Positions 30,346 to 39,652 of a DNA stretch of 64,000 nucleotides are shown in pieces. Origin of the DNA: Elainellaceae cyanobacterium. GTDB taxonomy: Bacteria > Cyanobacteriota > Cyanobacteriia > CAKZMO01. Below the pieces are notes generated by a model that was not told the DNA's origin, did not search any database, and saw only the letters and a list, made by a program, of their open reading frames with translations. Numbering within the stretch: the stretch's first letter is position 1; each line of letters opens with the position of its first letter. The stretch is from assembly GCA_050331615.1 (NCBI GenBank), contig JBHJGR010000160.1:6482-70481 (forward strand), in the 5' to 3' direction. The position numbers and the translations under genes were made by a program.

Positions 30346-32321
30346 TTTGGGGTGAGCGGGGGGGGCTCAGAGGCGATCGCGCAGTCCAGCCCACTCACCG
30401 AGGTTTCCGGCCCAGCGGGTACCAGGCCAACCACATGAGGAACAGGGCGGGGCGTATACATCGTCATCGGTTCGCCTCGATAGGCGAGGGAGGTGCTTGC
30501 CCCCGAATCGAGCATGACGGCGTCGCGGAACCCCGCCTGCTGCAAAACCTCGCCCAGATCGACCGAGCCAATGCGCCCGTTGGTAATGCCAATGACGGGC
30601 TGCCCGGCCTGATTAATGCCCCAGAAAGCCCGGTGGCGCTCGGCGTCAAAGTCAAATAGGTCGCCAAAAGAAGCGGGCGATCGCGCCTGACCATCCTTCA
30701 CCAGCCAGGCTGCCCCCACAAAGGCATCGGTCACATCGGGCATCTCGGCCCGCACCCCCGCCCGGGAGTTGTGGTTTGCCGCCTCAAAGGGGATAAAGCG
30801 TACCTCGTCTGGACTGATTAGCACCAGCGGGCGACCGTTGAGCTTCAGGTTTTCCCCCGGATTGCCCGGCACAAATCGTCGGGTGTGCTGGCTCAGCACC
30901 GGACCAATCATCACGTTGGAGTCCAGGTACTTCATGGAGAAGAAGCCGCCGTCCACCACCGCCACCGCCTCGGTGCCTGCCATAATCTCTTCCACCTGGT
31001 AGCGGCTGTCGGCGTGAATTGTAATCGGTTTGCCGCCCGTCACCAGGGTCAGGGGCAGATCTTCAAAGACGGGGTGGGTCTTGCGGATGGGAGCCGTGAA
31101 GTCAAACCCGGTTCCCCAGCGGGGAGACGGAGGACCGCCCCAGGTTTCCTCAACCGCCCGCCGCAGTTGGGACTGCCCCATGCGATCCACTGCCAGCAGG
31201 CTTTGAGATGCCCCGGCAAACCGATCCTCGGCGTTGTCCATCGTCAATGCTGCCCGGTAGCCCGCCTCGGCTACCGCCTCGGCTACTCGTTCGTTGTAGT
31301 TGCCCTCGGGATAGGTGAAGTAGCGGATGGGTATCCCCAGCTCCGCTTCCAGGATGCGCTTCGACTCCACCACCTCCAGCCGCAGATCCGCATCTGTCAA
31401 ATCACGCAAATCACGGGGATGGTTGATGCTGTGGGCGGCGATAGTAACCAGCGGGTCGGCGGCCATTTCCCGGAGCTGATCCCAGTTGACTCCAGGACGG
31501 CCATGATCGCGCCCCACCTTATAGGTGTAGATGGAAAACAGCCCCGGATAGCCATACTGTTTCAACAGCGGATAGACGTGCTCGTAGTGGCCGATGTACC
31601 CGTCATCAAAGGTCAGCAGGATGGGTTTCTCGGGCAGCCCCAGCCCGGTGCGCAGGTGAGTCACTAGCTGATCCATGCTGATGGGAGTTAGCCCGTTTTC
31701 CTGAATCAGCTGGAGGTGGCTCTCAAACTCTTCCGGCGTGACGTCAAAGAAAACCTCTTTGACCGGCAGGATATCGTGATACATCATTACGGGCACCTTG
31801 GCCAGTCGCGCCTGCTCATGCAGGTCGGGCCAGGGGGCGGCGGAGAAGGAGGCCACCAGTTTGGGGCCGAGGCCCTGCATCATCGACTCCAGACCCATCT
31901 CGGGAGACTGTACCCAGGTCGCCACCTCGACGGCCTGGCGGGCAACGCCATTGAGCACGGCGGGAACGGCCACTTCGGGAGGACGACACACTGCCTGGGC
32001 TGGGTCATCAATATCTGGGTCGGCACCGTCGAGTTCCGTACTGCCTGAGCTGGGGTAGGTCGGACGGCTAAAGCTGGCTAGCAGGGAAGGGGCATTGGCT
32101 GGTTCGCGTGGGATGGCGGTTCCCCCCATTACAGCGATCGGGGTTGCTGCCGGAGCAACGGTTGCCAGGACGCCAGTAGGGGCGAGGAGGGTAATTAGCC
32201 CCAAGCTGGCGCAGATACGGGGCCAGAGGGTGCGATCGCCCTTAGCAACATCGGCATTCATTGAGTGGGGCACAGTCGAGGGTTGAGCGGAGGATGGCTT
32301 CACAGTGAATCCCATGAACAA
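30342..32321 (-). CDS. Polysaccharide deacetylase (NodB/CE4) fused to a C-terminal phosphodiester-glycosidase (NAGPA-like) domain
   Basis: NodB motifs (LLTFDDGYIGHYEHVYPLL, AAHSINHP), followed by a roughly 250-aa NAGPA-like domain. N-terminal signal/TM. Start is ambiguous: TTG at 32321 or ATG at 32315. Confidence 0.6.
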   Translation of the reverse strand: MFMGFTVKPSSAQPSTVPHSMNADVAKGDRTLWPRICASLGLITLLAPTGVLATVAPAATPIAVMGGTAIPREPANAPSLLASFSRPTYPSSGSTELDGADPDIDDPAQAVCRPPEVAVPAVLNGVARQAVEVATWVQSPEMGLESMMQGLGPKLVASFSAAPWPDLHEQARLAKVPVMMYHDILPVKEVFFDVTPEEFESHLQLIQENGLTPISMDQLVTHLRTGLGLPEKPILLTFDDGYIGHYEHVYPLLKQYGYPGLFSIYTYKVGRDHGRPGVNWDQLREMAADPLVTIAAHSINHPRDLRDLTDADLRLEVVESKRILEAELGIPIRYFTYPEGNYNERVAEAVAEAGYRAALTMDNAEDRFAGASQSLLAVDRMGQSQLRRAVEETWGGPPSPRWGTGFDFTAPIRKTHPVFEDLPLTLVTGGKPITIHADSRYQVEEIMAGTEAVAVVDGGFFSMKYLDSNVMIGPVLSQHTRRFVPGNPGENLKLNGRPLVLISPDEVRFIPFEAANHNSRAGVRAEMPDVTDAFVGAAWLVKDGQARSPASFGDLFDFDAERHRAFWGINQAGQPVIGITNGRIGSVDLGEVLQQAGFRDAVMLDSGASTSLAYRGEPMTMYTPRPVPHVVGLVPAGPETSVSGLDCAIASEPPPLTPN

Positions 32322-32326
32322 TCGGG

Positions 32327-32403
32327 TAAGTGCTTGAGCACAATTAATTACATTTTCTTGGGGGTGCCCCCCAAGAAAATAATTTTTTTAACTACTCAAG
32401 AGG
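32327..32403 (+). repeat. R2 hairpin repeat, copy 4
   Basis: GTAAGTGCTTGAGCACAATTAATTACATTTTCTTGGGGGTGCCCCCCAAGAAAATAAT. Confidence 0.75.
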
Positions 32404-32551
32404 TAGGCTGGCTTTCAAGACTCTAGGGCGGCTAGACCGCATCAATTCCCTAGCCTACGCTAGTTCTACCCGATTTTGGCAAAAACGCCTGGTTTCCCAG
32501 ACGACATTCTCTGGCGTTGCGGAATTTTCGCCCAAGGGATGCCGCAGACGG

Positions 32552-33034
32552 CTATTCGGCAAACATCTTAGTGAGAATCCGCTGGACAATTTCCATGCCC
32601 GTAAACGCCTGCCAGCCAAACAGCCCCACCAGGGAAACGTTGAGGGCAATGTGGGTGTTGCGCGCCCACTCCTGGCCCTTCTGCATAAAGGGCGACAGGG
32701 CAGCGGAGGTGGCAATCAGGCCGGTCATGCCCAACCCAACGAGCAGGTGCGGCCCAAAGAACAGCTTGCCGTTATTGATATAGGTAACGGCCATACCGCC
32801 GAGAGACCCCAATATCATCAGGGACAGGAGGGCAGAGCTGATCTGAAAATGACGGACGTTGACCTTCTTTTTAGCCAGTTCCTTTTTCTTGTCGGTATCG
32901 TCGGTCTTCCGCATCTGGCGGATTTGAAAGCCCAGCACTGCCGTGTAAATCGACAGCAGCAGCAGGCCCCACATAAAAATGGGATGCACAAAGTTGAGCC
33001 AGGGCTTGATTGATTCGGGAATTGGTAAATCCAT
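32552..33034 (-). CDS. DUF4079-family small membrane protein
   Basis: Four TM helices and about 160 aa, consistent with a conserved cyanobacterial/plant family. Confidence 0.45.
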   Translation of the reverse strand: MDLPIPESIKPWLNFVHPIFMWGLLLLSIYTAVLGFQIRQMRKTDDTDKKKELAKKKVNVRHFQISSALLSLMILGSLGGMAVTYINNGKLFFGPHLLVGLGMTGLIATSAALSPFMQKGQEWARNTHIALNVSLVGLFGWQAFTGMEIVQRILTKMFAE

Positions 33035-33121
33035 GATCCTTGCTGGTGGATGAGCGCGTCTTCACATAATTTAATTTACACAATTCGATGAAAGTCTGCC
33101 TCAAGACGCTGGACAAAGGCG

Positions 33122-34687
33122 CTAGTGCAGGAAATGGCGTACTCCCGTTAGCACCAGCACCAGGCCCAACTCGTTGGCGGCCTTGATCGAATCCTGATCC
33201 CGCAGACTGCCGCCGGGCTGGACGATGGCGGCAATGCCCGCAGCGGCAGCGGTGCGCACCGAATCGTCGAACGGGAAGAAGCCGTCGCTGGCGAGGACGG
33301 CCCCATTGGCATTGGCCCCAGCCTGCTCCAGGGCAATTTTGACCGCGCCTACCCGGTTCATCTGGCCAGCGCCAATGCCCAGGGTGGTGCGATCGCCCGT
33401 TACCACAATTGCGTTGGACTTGACGTGCTTGACCACCCGCCAGGCAAATACCAGCTCCGCTAATTGAGCATCGGTGGGCTGCTGGTCACTCACCACCTGC
33501 CAGTGAGCTGGGTCGGCGGGCTGCTGATCGCTGGCCTGGACGAGAAATCCCCCGGCGATCGCTCGCACCGTTTGGGCTGGGCCAGCGGCTAAATCTGGCA
33601 GAATGAGGACCCGCAGCTTCGACTTCTGGCTCAGGATCTCTTGGGCCTCCGGCGCACATCCCGGTGCCACCACGCATTCCAAAAAAGTCTTGGTGAGGGC
33701 GGTGGCGGTGGCGGCATCAATCGGCTGGTTGAGGGCCACAATGCCGCCAAAGGCCGATATAGAGTCAGCGGCAAAGGCTTTTTCGTATGCTGCTGATAGC
33801 TGCTGATCCACAGCCACGCCACAGGGATTGGTGTGCTTCAGCACAGCGGCGGCAGGCTCGTCTGCCGGAAATTCGGTAATGATGCGGCGGGCAGCCTCCA
33901 GATCTACCAGGTTGTTGTAGCTGAGTTCCTTGCCCTGGAGCTTGGTGGCGGCAGCCCAGCCCGAGGGCACCGTACCCGTCTGGTACCAAACTGCGGGCTG
34001 GTGGGGATTTTCGCCATAGCGGAGCGCCTGGATTTGTTGACCGGTGAGGCTGAAGCGGTCGGGAAAGCGAGCTGGCTCCGACGACGCCTCCGTAGCCGAT
34101 GGCGTGTGGCTCAGGTAGGTGGCGATCGCCTGATCATAGGCCGCAGTCTGCCAGAATCCCCGCTGGGCACAGGCTTGCCGAAAGGCTAGGGAGGTGGTTC
34201 CCCCCTGCTGGCGCAGTTCCTCCAGGTAGGGCTGATACTGGTCATGATAGGAGAGCACGGTGAGGTGGGCGAAATTTTTGGCGGCGGCCCGCAGCAGGGT
34301 GGGACCACCGATGTCAATCTGCTCCACCGCATCGGCCAGGGGCACGTCGGCCTGGGCGATGGTCTGCTCAAACGGGTAGAGGTTGACCACCACCAGGTCG
34401 AAGGGGCGGATGCCGTTGGCCTCCAGGTCAGCCCGATCCTGGGGAACGTCGCGACGGGCGAGAATGCCGCCGTGGATGCGAGGATGGAGGGTTTTAACCC
34501 GCCCCCCCAGAATTTCGGGAGAACCCGTATAGTCGGCAACTTTGGTAACAGGGATGGCCGCCTCTTGGAGCGATCGCGCCGTTCCCCCACTGCTGACCAG
34601 CTCAAACTCAAATTCTTCTACCAGACAGCGGGCCAGGTCAACCAGCCCGGTTTTGTCAGAAACACTCAGGAGTGCCAGCTTTGCCAT
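33122..34687 (-). CDS. purH: Bifunctional AICAR transformylase / IMP cyclohydrolase
   Basis: MAKLALLSVSDKTGLVDLA.. MGS-like N-terminus and an AICARFT C-terminus, 521 aa. Confidence 0.9.
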   Translation of the reverse strand: MAKLALLSVSDKTGLVDLARCLVEEFEFELVSSGGTARSLQEAAIPVTKVADYTGSPEILGGRVKTLHPRIHGGILARRDVPQDRADLEANGIRPFDLVVVNLYPFEQTIAQADVPLADAVEQIDIGGPTLLRAAAKNFAHLTVLSYHDQYQPYLEELRQQGGTTSLAFRQACAQRGFWQTAAYDQAIATYLSHTPSATEASSEPARFPDRFSLTGQQIQALRYGENPHQPAVWYQTGTVPSGWAAATKLQGKELSYNNLVDLEAARRIITEFPADEPAAAVLKHTNPCGVAVDQQLSAAYEKAFAADSISAFGGIVALNQPIDAATATALTKTFLECVVAPGCAPEAQEILSQKSKLRVLILPDLAAGPAQTVRAIAGGFLVQASDQQPADPAHWQVVSDQQPTDAQLAELVFAWRVVKHVKSNAIVVTGDRTTLGIGAGQMNRVGAVKIALEQAGANANGAVLASDGFFPFDDSVRTAAAAGIAAIVQPGGSLRDQDSIKAANELGLVLVLTGVRHFLH

Positions 34688-35035
34688 ACCTACCTGTGCT
34701 CAACCCGTCAACGTCCGATCCAGGCAATTCGTCTGGTTCGACGCGCCAAACTACGCCTGCAGGCAACTCAAAGTCCCCGTTAGGCAATGCAATGATATCA
34801 GGCGATTTGTCCTATCGCTATCCCCTGCTGTCGCGATCGCCTCCTCTAAAAAGTGCAATCAGCGCAGTCCGCTGTCGCCCTTGACCCGGCATACGGGCGG
34901 ACCTTTGCGTAAATTTTGATTTCGGCTTGCAAAATTTTCCCTGATAGTGGGAAATGTTATGAGTAAGGCAGAAGGGGCACTCTAAATCGAGTCGATCGTG
35001 TCTCGGGGTAAAGGGCGGTTTTGCAGCGAAAGACT

Positions 35036-36871
35036 ATGCAGCTTTGGACCCATCAATCAACGCCGCCCAATCCGCTGCCTGACGCTGAGCAGTCGCGACG
35101 AGGGTTGGCGCAATCCCTGCTCGCTAGGCTAAAACCGCGACGCATTGGTCGGCAAATCGGCTATGGGTATCTCGTGGCGATCGCCATCGGCTGGACTGGG
35201 TCGATGGCGGGCATGATCATTGCAGACTATTTTCAAGGACAGGGCCTTTTCCAGCTAATAGATGCCCAGTCTCAGTCCCGATTGCTGACGAAGTTTGAGC
35301 GAACTGCTAGCCAGGCTCAAATACACGGGGTCCATGCCCTCGCCCTAAACGATAATGACGACAAGCTACAGCGAGAACTGGAGGAATTACGGGGCAGCTT
35401 AATCAATATTGGGTCAACTTGTCGGGAATTCGATGGTTTTCTCCAAAATCATCCCCGCTGGACCGCTGCAGACCCCGCAACCTTAAGGGCACTCCTAGCC
35501 GACTATAGTCATTTGCTCAACCAGCAAGCCGAACAGATCTTCGCCGCCCTGGATACTGAGGAACCTAAAGCGGCGCTGCCAGCAATTTTGTCAGGTGAGG
35601 TGACCGAGCGGCTCGCTCAAAAGCACTCAGACTTAGCGGTAGTGATTCAGATCGCCCAAAGCCAGGAAGCTGAAGCGTCTGAGGTCATGGAGAAGGCGCA
35701 GGGCTTTGAGAAATTCATGATTGTTGTCAGTGTCACTCTGGCTGGATGCCTAGCTGGCTTGCTGGCCTGGCGCACTACTCGGGCGATCGCCACTCCCCTG
35801 GAGAACATTACACGGGTCGCTCAGCAGGTGGCCCGTGAAGCAGACTATGGGATGAGAGTCCCGGTGGTTCACAATGACGAAATTGGCATCCTCGCCGCCT
35901 CCCTCAATGACCTGATCGAGCGAGTGGCTGAGCGCACCCAGTCGCTAGAGCAGGCCGCCGCCGCCGCCGCGGCTCAGAATCAGGTCCTAGAAGAAACCCT
36001 GGCGACCCTGCGCCGCACCCAGCTAGGTCTGGTCCAGTCGGAGAAGATGTCGTCTTTGGGGCAGTTGGTGGCTGGCATCGCTCATGAAGTCAACAACCCC
36101 GTTGGTTTCATTAACGGCAATCTTGAATATGCGGAGGAGTACAGCACGAGCCTCCTAGCTATCATGGCTCGGCTGCAGACGGATCTCCCCACAATCCCGG
36201 CAGCCCTGGCCCAGGAGCTTAAAGATGCGGATATTGACTTCATCCGCCAGGATTTTCCTCGGGTCTTGCAGTCGATCAAGAACGGAGCCGATCGCATCAG
36301 CAGTCTGGTGCTGTCGCTCAAGATTTTTTCCCGCCTGCAGGAGTCACACCTCAAGCAAACCAATATCAACGATGGCTTAGACAGTGCGCTGCTGCTGCTG
36401 GGACATCGGCTCAAGCCTCAGGCCACCCGTCCCAAAATTCAAGTCCAGCGCTATTATAATGAGCTGCCCCTAGTGGAGTGCTACAGCAGCCAGATCAATC
36501 AGGTCTGCATGAATATTCTCAGCAATGCGGTAGATGCGATTGATGAGCAGTGGCGCGAGGGTCAGGCCGACGGCCAGCCTGTCATCCTGGTGCGAACCAG
36601 CGTAGTGGGCGATCGCGTCCAGATCGAAATTCAAAACAATGGTCTTGCCATTCCCCAAGATATTCAGGGCAAGATCTTTGACCCGTTTTTTACCACCAAG
36701 CCGCCCGGACAAGGCATTGGGCTGGGCCTATCCACCAGTTATGAGATTATTCGTCAACAGCACCAGGGAACCCTTTCCGTTGTCTCCCCAGCGATTGGCT
36801 CCTGCGGAGCCCGATTCACGCTAGAAATTCCCCAGCGGCTTCCTCCCATTGCCACTCAAGCGTCTAGCTGA
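35036..36871 (+). CDS. Sensor histidine kinase (TM sensor, HAMP, HisKA, HATPase_c)
   Basis: H-box GIAHEVNNPVGFI, and an N/G1/G2 ATPase region (ILSNAVDAI...GQGIGLGLS). Confidence 0.8.
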   Translation: MQLWTHQSTPPNPLPDAEQSRRGLAQSLLARLKPRRIGRQIGYGYLVAIAIGWTGSMAGMIIADYFQGQGLFQLIDAQSQSRLLTKFERTASQAQIHGVHALALNDNDDKLQRELEELRGSLINIGSTCREFDGFLQNHPRWTAADPATLRALLADYSHLLNQQAEQIFAALDTEEPKAALPAILSGEVTERLAQKHSDLAVVIQIAQSQEAEASEVMEKAQGFEKFMIVVSVTLAGCLAGLLAWRTTRAIATPLENITRVAQQVAREADYGMRVPVVHNDEIGILAASLNDLIERVAERTQSLEQAAAAAAAQNQVLEETLATLRRTQLGLVQSEKMSSLGQLVAGIAHEVNNPVGFINGNLEYAEEYSTSLLAIMARLQTDLPTIPAALAQELKDADIDFIRQDFPRVLQSIKNGADRISSLVLSLKIFSRLQESHLKQTNINDGLDSALLLLGHRLKPQATRPKIQVQRYYNELPLVECYSSQINQVCMNILSNAVDAIDEQWREGQADGQPVILVRTSVVGDRVQIEIQNNGLAIPQDIQGKIFDPFFTTKPPGQGIGLGLSTSYEIIRQQHQGTLSVVSPAIGSCGARFTLEIPQRLPPIATQASS

Positions 36872-37620
36872 CCCATGTCTCGTGCAGCCTGGTGGCCATT
36901 GGAAAACCAGCGGCTGAGACCGCGCATTGGGGATTTGGATGTTCTGGAGGCTGGAGCCGCATGATTCTCGGTCAACTGACCATGCGGTTGCTCATTCGCC
37001 GGAGAGGCACTTGACTGAGTGAATGGGCTAGTGGTGGGCGATCGCTTCAGGAGAGCGTCCGTTAGGGACAGGTCCGGCGAGTTATCTGAAGCATCCATTT
37101 CGTCGGATACCTCTGCGGCAGAATGCTTCCGCTCGCGTCGCAGCTTGAGCTGCCGCTGCAGCTTGAGCAACACGGCAATGAGCGCTGCTTCATTTAGGGG
37201 CGGTCCATCGAGGATGCTCAGAACCCGGTTCATGTTGGCTGTCATGCAGGTGACGAGCTTGTCGCGGTGAAAGCCAGGCAGCAAATCGGCTGCCCCCTGA
37301 TGAATGGCCCATTCTCGCTCGGGGGTCGAAATCTTGCGCTGAAATCGGTTGGTCAGCACAATCTTGACTCCCGGATGGTGGGCACGGCACCAGCGGCAGA
37401 ACGCATAGGGCTTTTCCCCCAGCGTTTCGATATCGATGAGCAGCAAGTGGGGCAGGGTCAGTCCGGCGATGCTGAGTTCAATCAGATTGTCAATCAGGTC
37501 AATTTCGGGGGGCTCCCAGATGACCGAAATGCTCTGCGATTTCAGGGCCATCCGCCAGAGGCACCCCTGAAACCGACTGGGTTGAATCATCAGTACAAAC
37601 GGCTGTGGATCAGTCATCAT
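36856..37620 (-). CDS. Atypical (pseudo-)receiver domain protein with a disordered S/P/Q-rich tail
   Basis: REC-like fold with a conserved LLLIDIE Asp site but no N-terminal acidic pair (LMIQPS). Convergent with the histidine kinase gene, overlapping it by 16 nt. Confidence 0.45.
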   Translation of the reverse strand: MMTDPQPFVLMIQPSRFQGCLWRMALKSQSISVIWEPPEIDLIDNLIELSIAGLTLPHLLLIDIETLGEKPYAFCRWCRAHHPGVKIVLTNRFQRKISTPEREWAIHQGAADLLPGFHRDKLVTCMTANMNRVLSILDGPPLNEAALIAVLLKLQRQLKLRRERKHSAAEVSDEMDASDNSPDLSLTDALLKRSPTTSPFTQSSASPANEQPHGQLTENHAAPASRTSKSPMRGLSRWFSNGHQAARDMGQLDA

Positions 37621-37781
37621 AAGACTTCTCAATGTATGGCAGTGGATGCATCGTCCTGGAAAGGGCTTGACGGTACACATTTCACTTAGCCACGCGGGGG
37701 AGAAAAATCCGGAGGGTTATTCTTTAGGCTGCAGTTTTTTCACAGACCCGCCCTTTTCTTGAAGTCAGCTTGATTCGTGGG

Positions 37782-37874
37782 ATGGCCCTACGGGCTAAGA
37801 TTTGAGCACGAAACCCCTATGACGCTCGGGTTTCACACCTCTGAAGTGTCCGTAACGCGAAAGCGTAATGCTAG
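37782..37874 (+). repeat. R1 repeat, copy 4 (diverged)
   Basis: ATGGCCCTACGGGCTAAGATTTGAGCACGAAACCCCTATGACGCTCGGGTTTCACACCTCTGAAGTGTCCGTAACGCGAAAGCGTAATGCTAG. Confidence 0.8.
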
Positions 37875-37962
37875 ATTTGGTACGGGCGCATTATCGATCG
37901 CCTCAAATCAAGCTAGGATGCTAGGTGCCTGTCTAAATCTCCAACGGGGTTTTCGGACAGAT

Positions 37963-38056
37963 ATGGCCCTACGGGCTGAGGTTTGAGTGTGGAACCCCCG
38001 CGACGCGCGGGTTCCACACCTCTTGAATGTTCTAACGCGAAAGCGTAACGCTATAT
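37963..38056 (+). repeat. R1 repeat, copy 5 (near-consensus)
   Basis: ATGGCCCTACGGGCTGAGGTTTGAGTGTGGAACCCCCGCGACGCGCGGGTTCCACACCTCTTGAATGTTCTAACGCGAAAGCGTAACGCTATAT. Confidence 0.85.
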
Positions 38057-38156
38057 CAAGTAAGTAGGTCGCCATAAAAAACAACGCTATGGTGGGGCGC
38101 GCACCCACTGGCTTCGTTGATGTCCATGTACTTACCGAGCTAGGAAAGCGATCGCC

Positions 38157-39332
38157 ATGCTGGATTTGACTCGCCTGGCCGCCCAGATGGAGGGCATCGG
38201 CCAATACCTTAATGAAGAATCGGCAGCGGCCCGTCGTCGCCTGGAAAAGGCCCAGCAGGTGTTAGAGGAAGCTCTGCCCCATCAGGCCGCACTGGTGGAG
38301 CGGCAGCAGATCTGGCGCGATCGCCTAGGCTTCACCGCTGCGGTCCCCTTGGAGCCGCTGGATACTCGCAGGGCGATCGCCGCTGCCCCGCCCCTCCATA
38401 CCGTCCTCGCCACTGATGGTTCCCAAATTGCCCCCAGCCACCATGAAATTGCCTACTGCTATCTAATCAACGTCGGGCGCATCGTGCTTCACTATGGTCA
38501 GAACCGCCATCCGCTGCTGGACAGCATCCCCGAGGTGTTCTACCGTCCTCAGGACCTGTACGTCTCGCGTCAGTGGGGCATTCGTACCGAAGAATGGATG
38601 GGCTACCAGCGTACGGTCTCAGAAGCGGTCGTGCTTGCCGAACTGGCGCACCAGCTTTCGCCCACCCATCCCACCCTAGCAATGGTAGACGGCTCCCTAA
38701 TTCATTGGTTTTTGGAGCCGCTGCCGGGAGAAGCTCGCGATCGCCTGCTGCCCCCCATCCTGCAAGCCTGGGACATCCTGCGGCAGGCCCGCATTCCCTT
38801 AGTGGGCTATCTCAGCGCCTCCCGTAGCGGCGAAGCCCTCAATATGCTGCGACTGCATACCTGCCCCCATCCCCAGCCCGACTGCTTCACCCACTGTCCG
38901 GGGCAAACGGAGCAGGCTCCCTGCCAGGTCTTCGCGCCCCTGCGGGATACGGCCCTGTGGTCAGTGCTGCTGAAGCCGGGGCAGCGCAGCCCCCTCTGGC
39001 GCAGCGCGGCCAAGATCCTGGCCCAGTATGGCGACCATCCCGTTTACTTCTGCTACATCCATGTGGGCACCGAAGTAGCCCGCCTGGAGTTTCCCCAGTG
39101 GGTCATTCAGGAGCCGGATCTGCTTGAAACCGCCCTCACCCTCGCCGTTGAGCAGGTGCAAAAGGGCTACGGCTATCCGGTGGCCCTGGCAGAAGCCCAC
39201 AACCAGGCCGTCGTGCGCGGCGGCGATCGCGCCCGCTTTTTCTCCCTGCTGGAACAGCAAATGATCCGCGCCGGCCTCAGAAATATCGGCACCTCCTACA
39301 AAGAAACCCGCAAGCGAGGCAGCATCGCCTAA
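38157..39332 (+). CDS. NurA-like 5'-3' nuclease domain protein
   Basis: Two DGS-type motifs (VLATDGSQI and AMVDGSLIHW) as in the NurA domain; 391 aa. Confidence 0.4.
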   Translation: MLDLTRLAAQMEGIGQYLNEESAAARRRLEKAQQVLEEALPHQAALVERQQIWRDRLGFTAAVPLEPLDTRRAIAAAPPLHTVLATDGSQIAPSHHEIAYCYLINVGRIVLHYGQNRHPLLDSIPEVFYRPQDLYVSRQWGIRTEEWMGYQRTVSEAVVLAELAHQLSPTHPTLAMVDGSLIHWFLEPLPGEARDRLLPPILQAWDILRQARIPLVGYLSASRSGEALNMLRLHTCPHPQPDCFTHCPGQTEQAPCQVFAPLRDTALWSVLLKPGQRSPLWRSAAKILAQYGDHPVYFCYIHVGTEVARLEFPQWVIQEPDLLETALTLAVEQVQKGYGYPVALAEAHNQAVVRGGDRARFFSLLEQQMIRAGLRNIGTSYKETRKRGSIA

Positions 39333-39373
39333 AACTACCTGCCAATCAAAAATCCAAAATCAAAAATCCGAAA

Positions 39374-39652
39374 TCACCCCTCCCTCTCCTCCTCCGGATT
39401 GTCGTAAAGCGTTTCAATCAGGAGATCGACTTCCTGGCGGTGATAGCTCAAGAACGACTCACACTCCTGCAAGTGGCGGATGGCGATCGCGAACTGGTCG
39501 AACACCTCCGCCAGCTCCAGATGGCCACTCTCAATCTGAAAAATCAGTTCTTCTACTTTGGCAACCGTAGCTTCATAGCTCCAGCCGGGGGCTGCTGCTT
39601 GAGAAACATCGGCGGATGGGGACGGATGGGAATTTGACGAGGGAGAACTCAT
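39374..39652 (-). CDS. xseB: Exodeoxyribonuclease VII small subunit
   Basis: YEATVAKVEELIFQIESGHLELAEVFDQF matches the XseB helix-loop-helix core. Its start overlaps the xseA stop codon. Confidence 0.8.
   Translation of the reverse strand: MSSPSSNSHPSPSADVSQAAAPGWSYEATVAKVEELIFQIESGHLELAEVFDQFAIAIRHLQECESFLSYHRQEVDLLIETLYDNPEEEREG

Noticed and set aside
37777-37986. 69-aa ORF (MGWPYGLRFEHETPMTLGF...), and the similar small ORFs at 52384-52647, 59252-59482, 59209-59391 and 37908-38204
   Set aside because: These peptides are encoded by the R1 repeat copies themselves. The same GPYGLRFECGTP..RGFHT peptides recur wherever R1 occurs, so they are repeat artefacts, not genes.
37782-38056. Possible mini CRISPR array (two direct repeats with an 88-bp spacer)
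   Set aside because: There are only two repeats, the 93-bp repeat is far longer than CRISPR repeats, the same element is dispersed singly across the window, and there are no cas genes.
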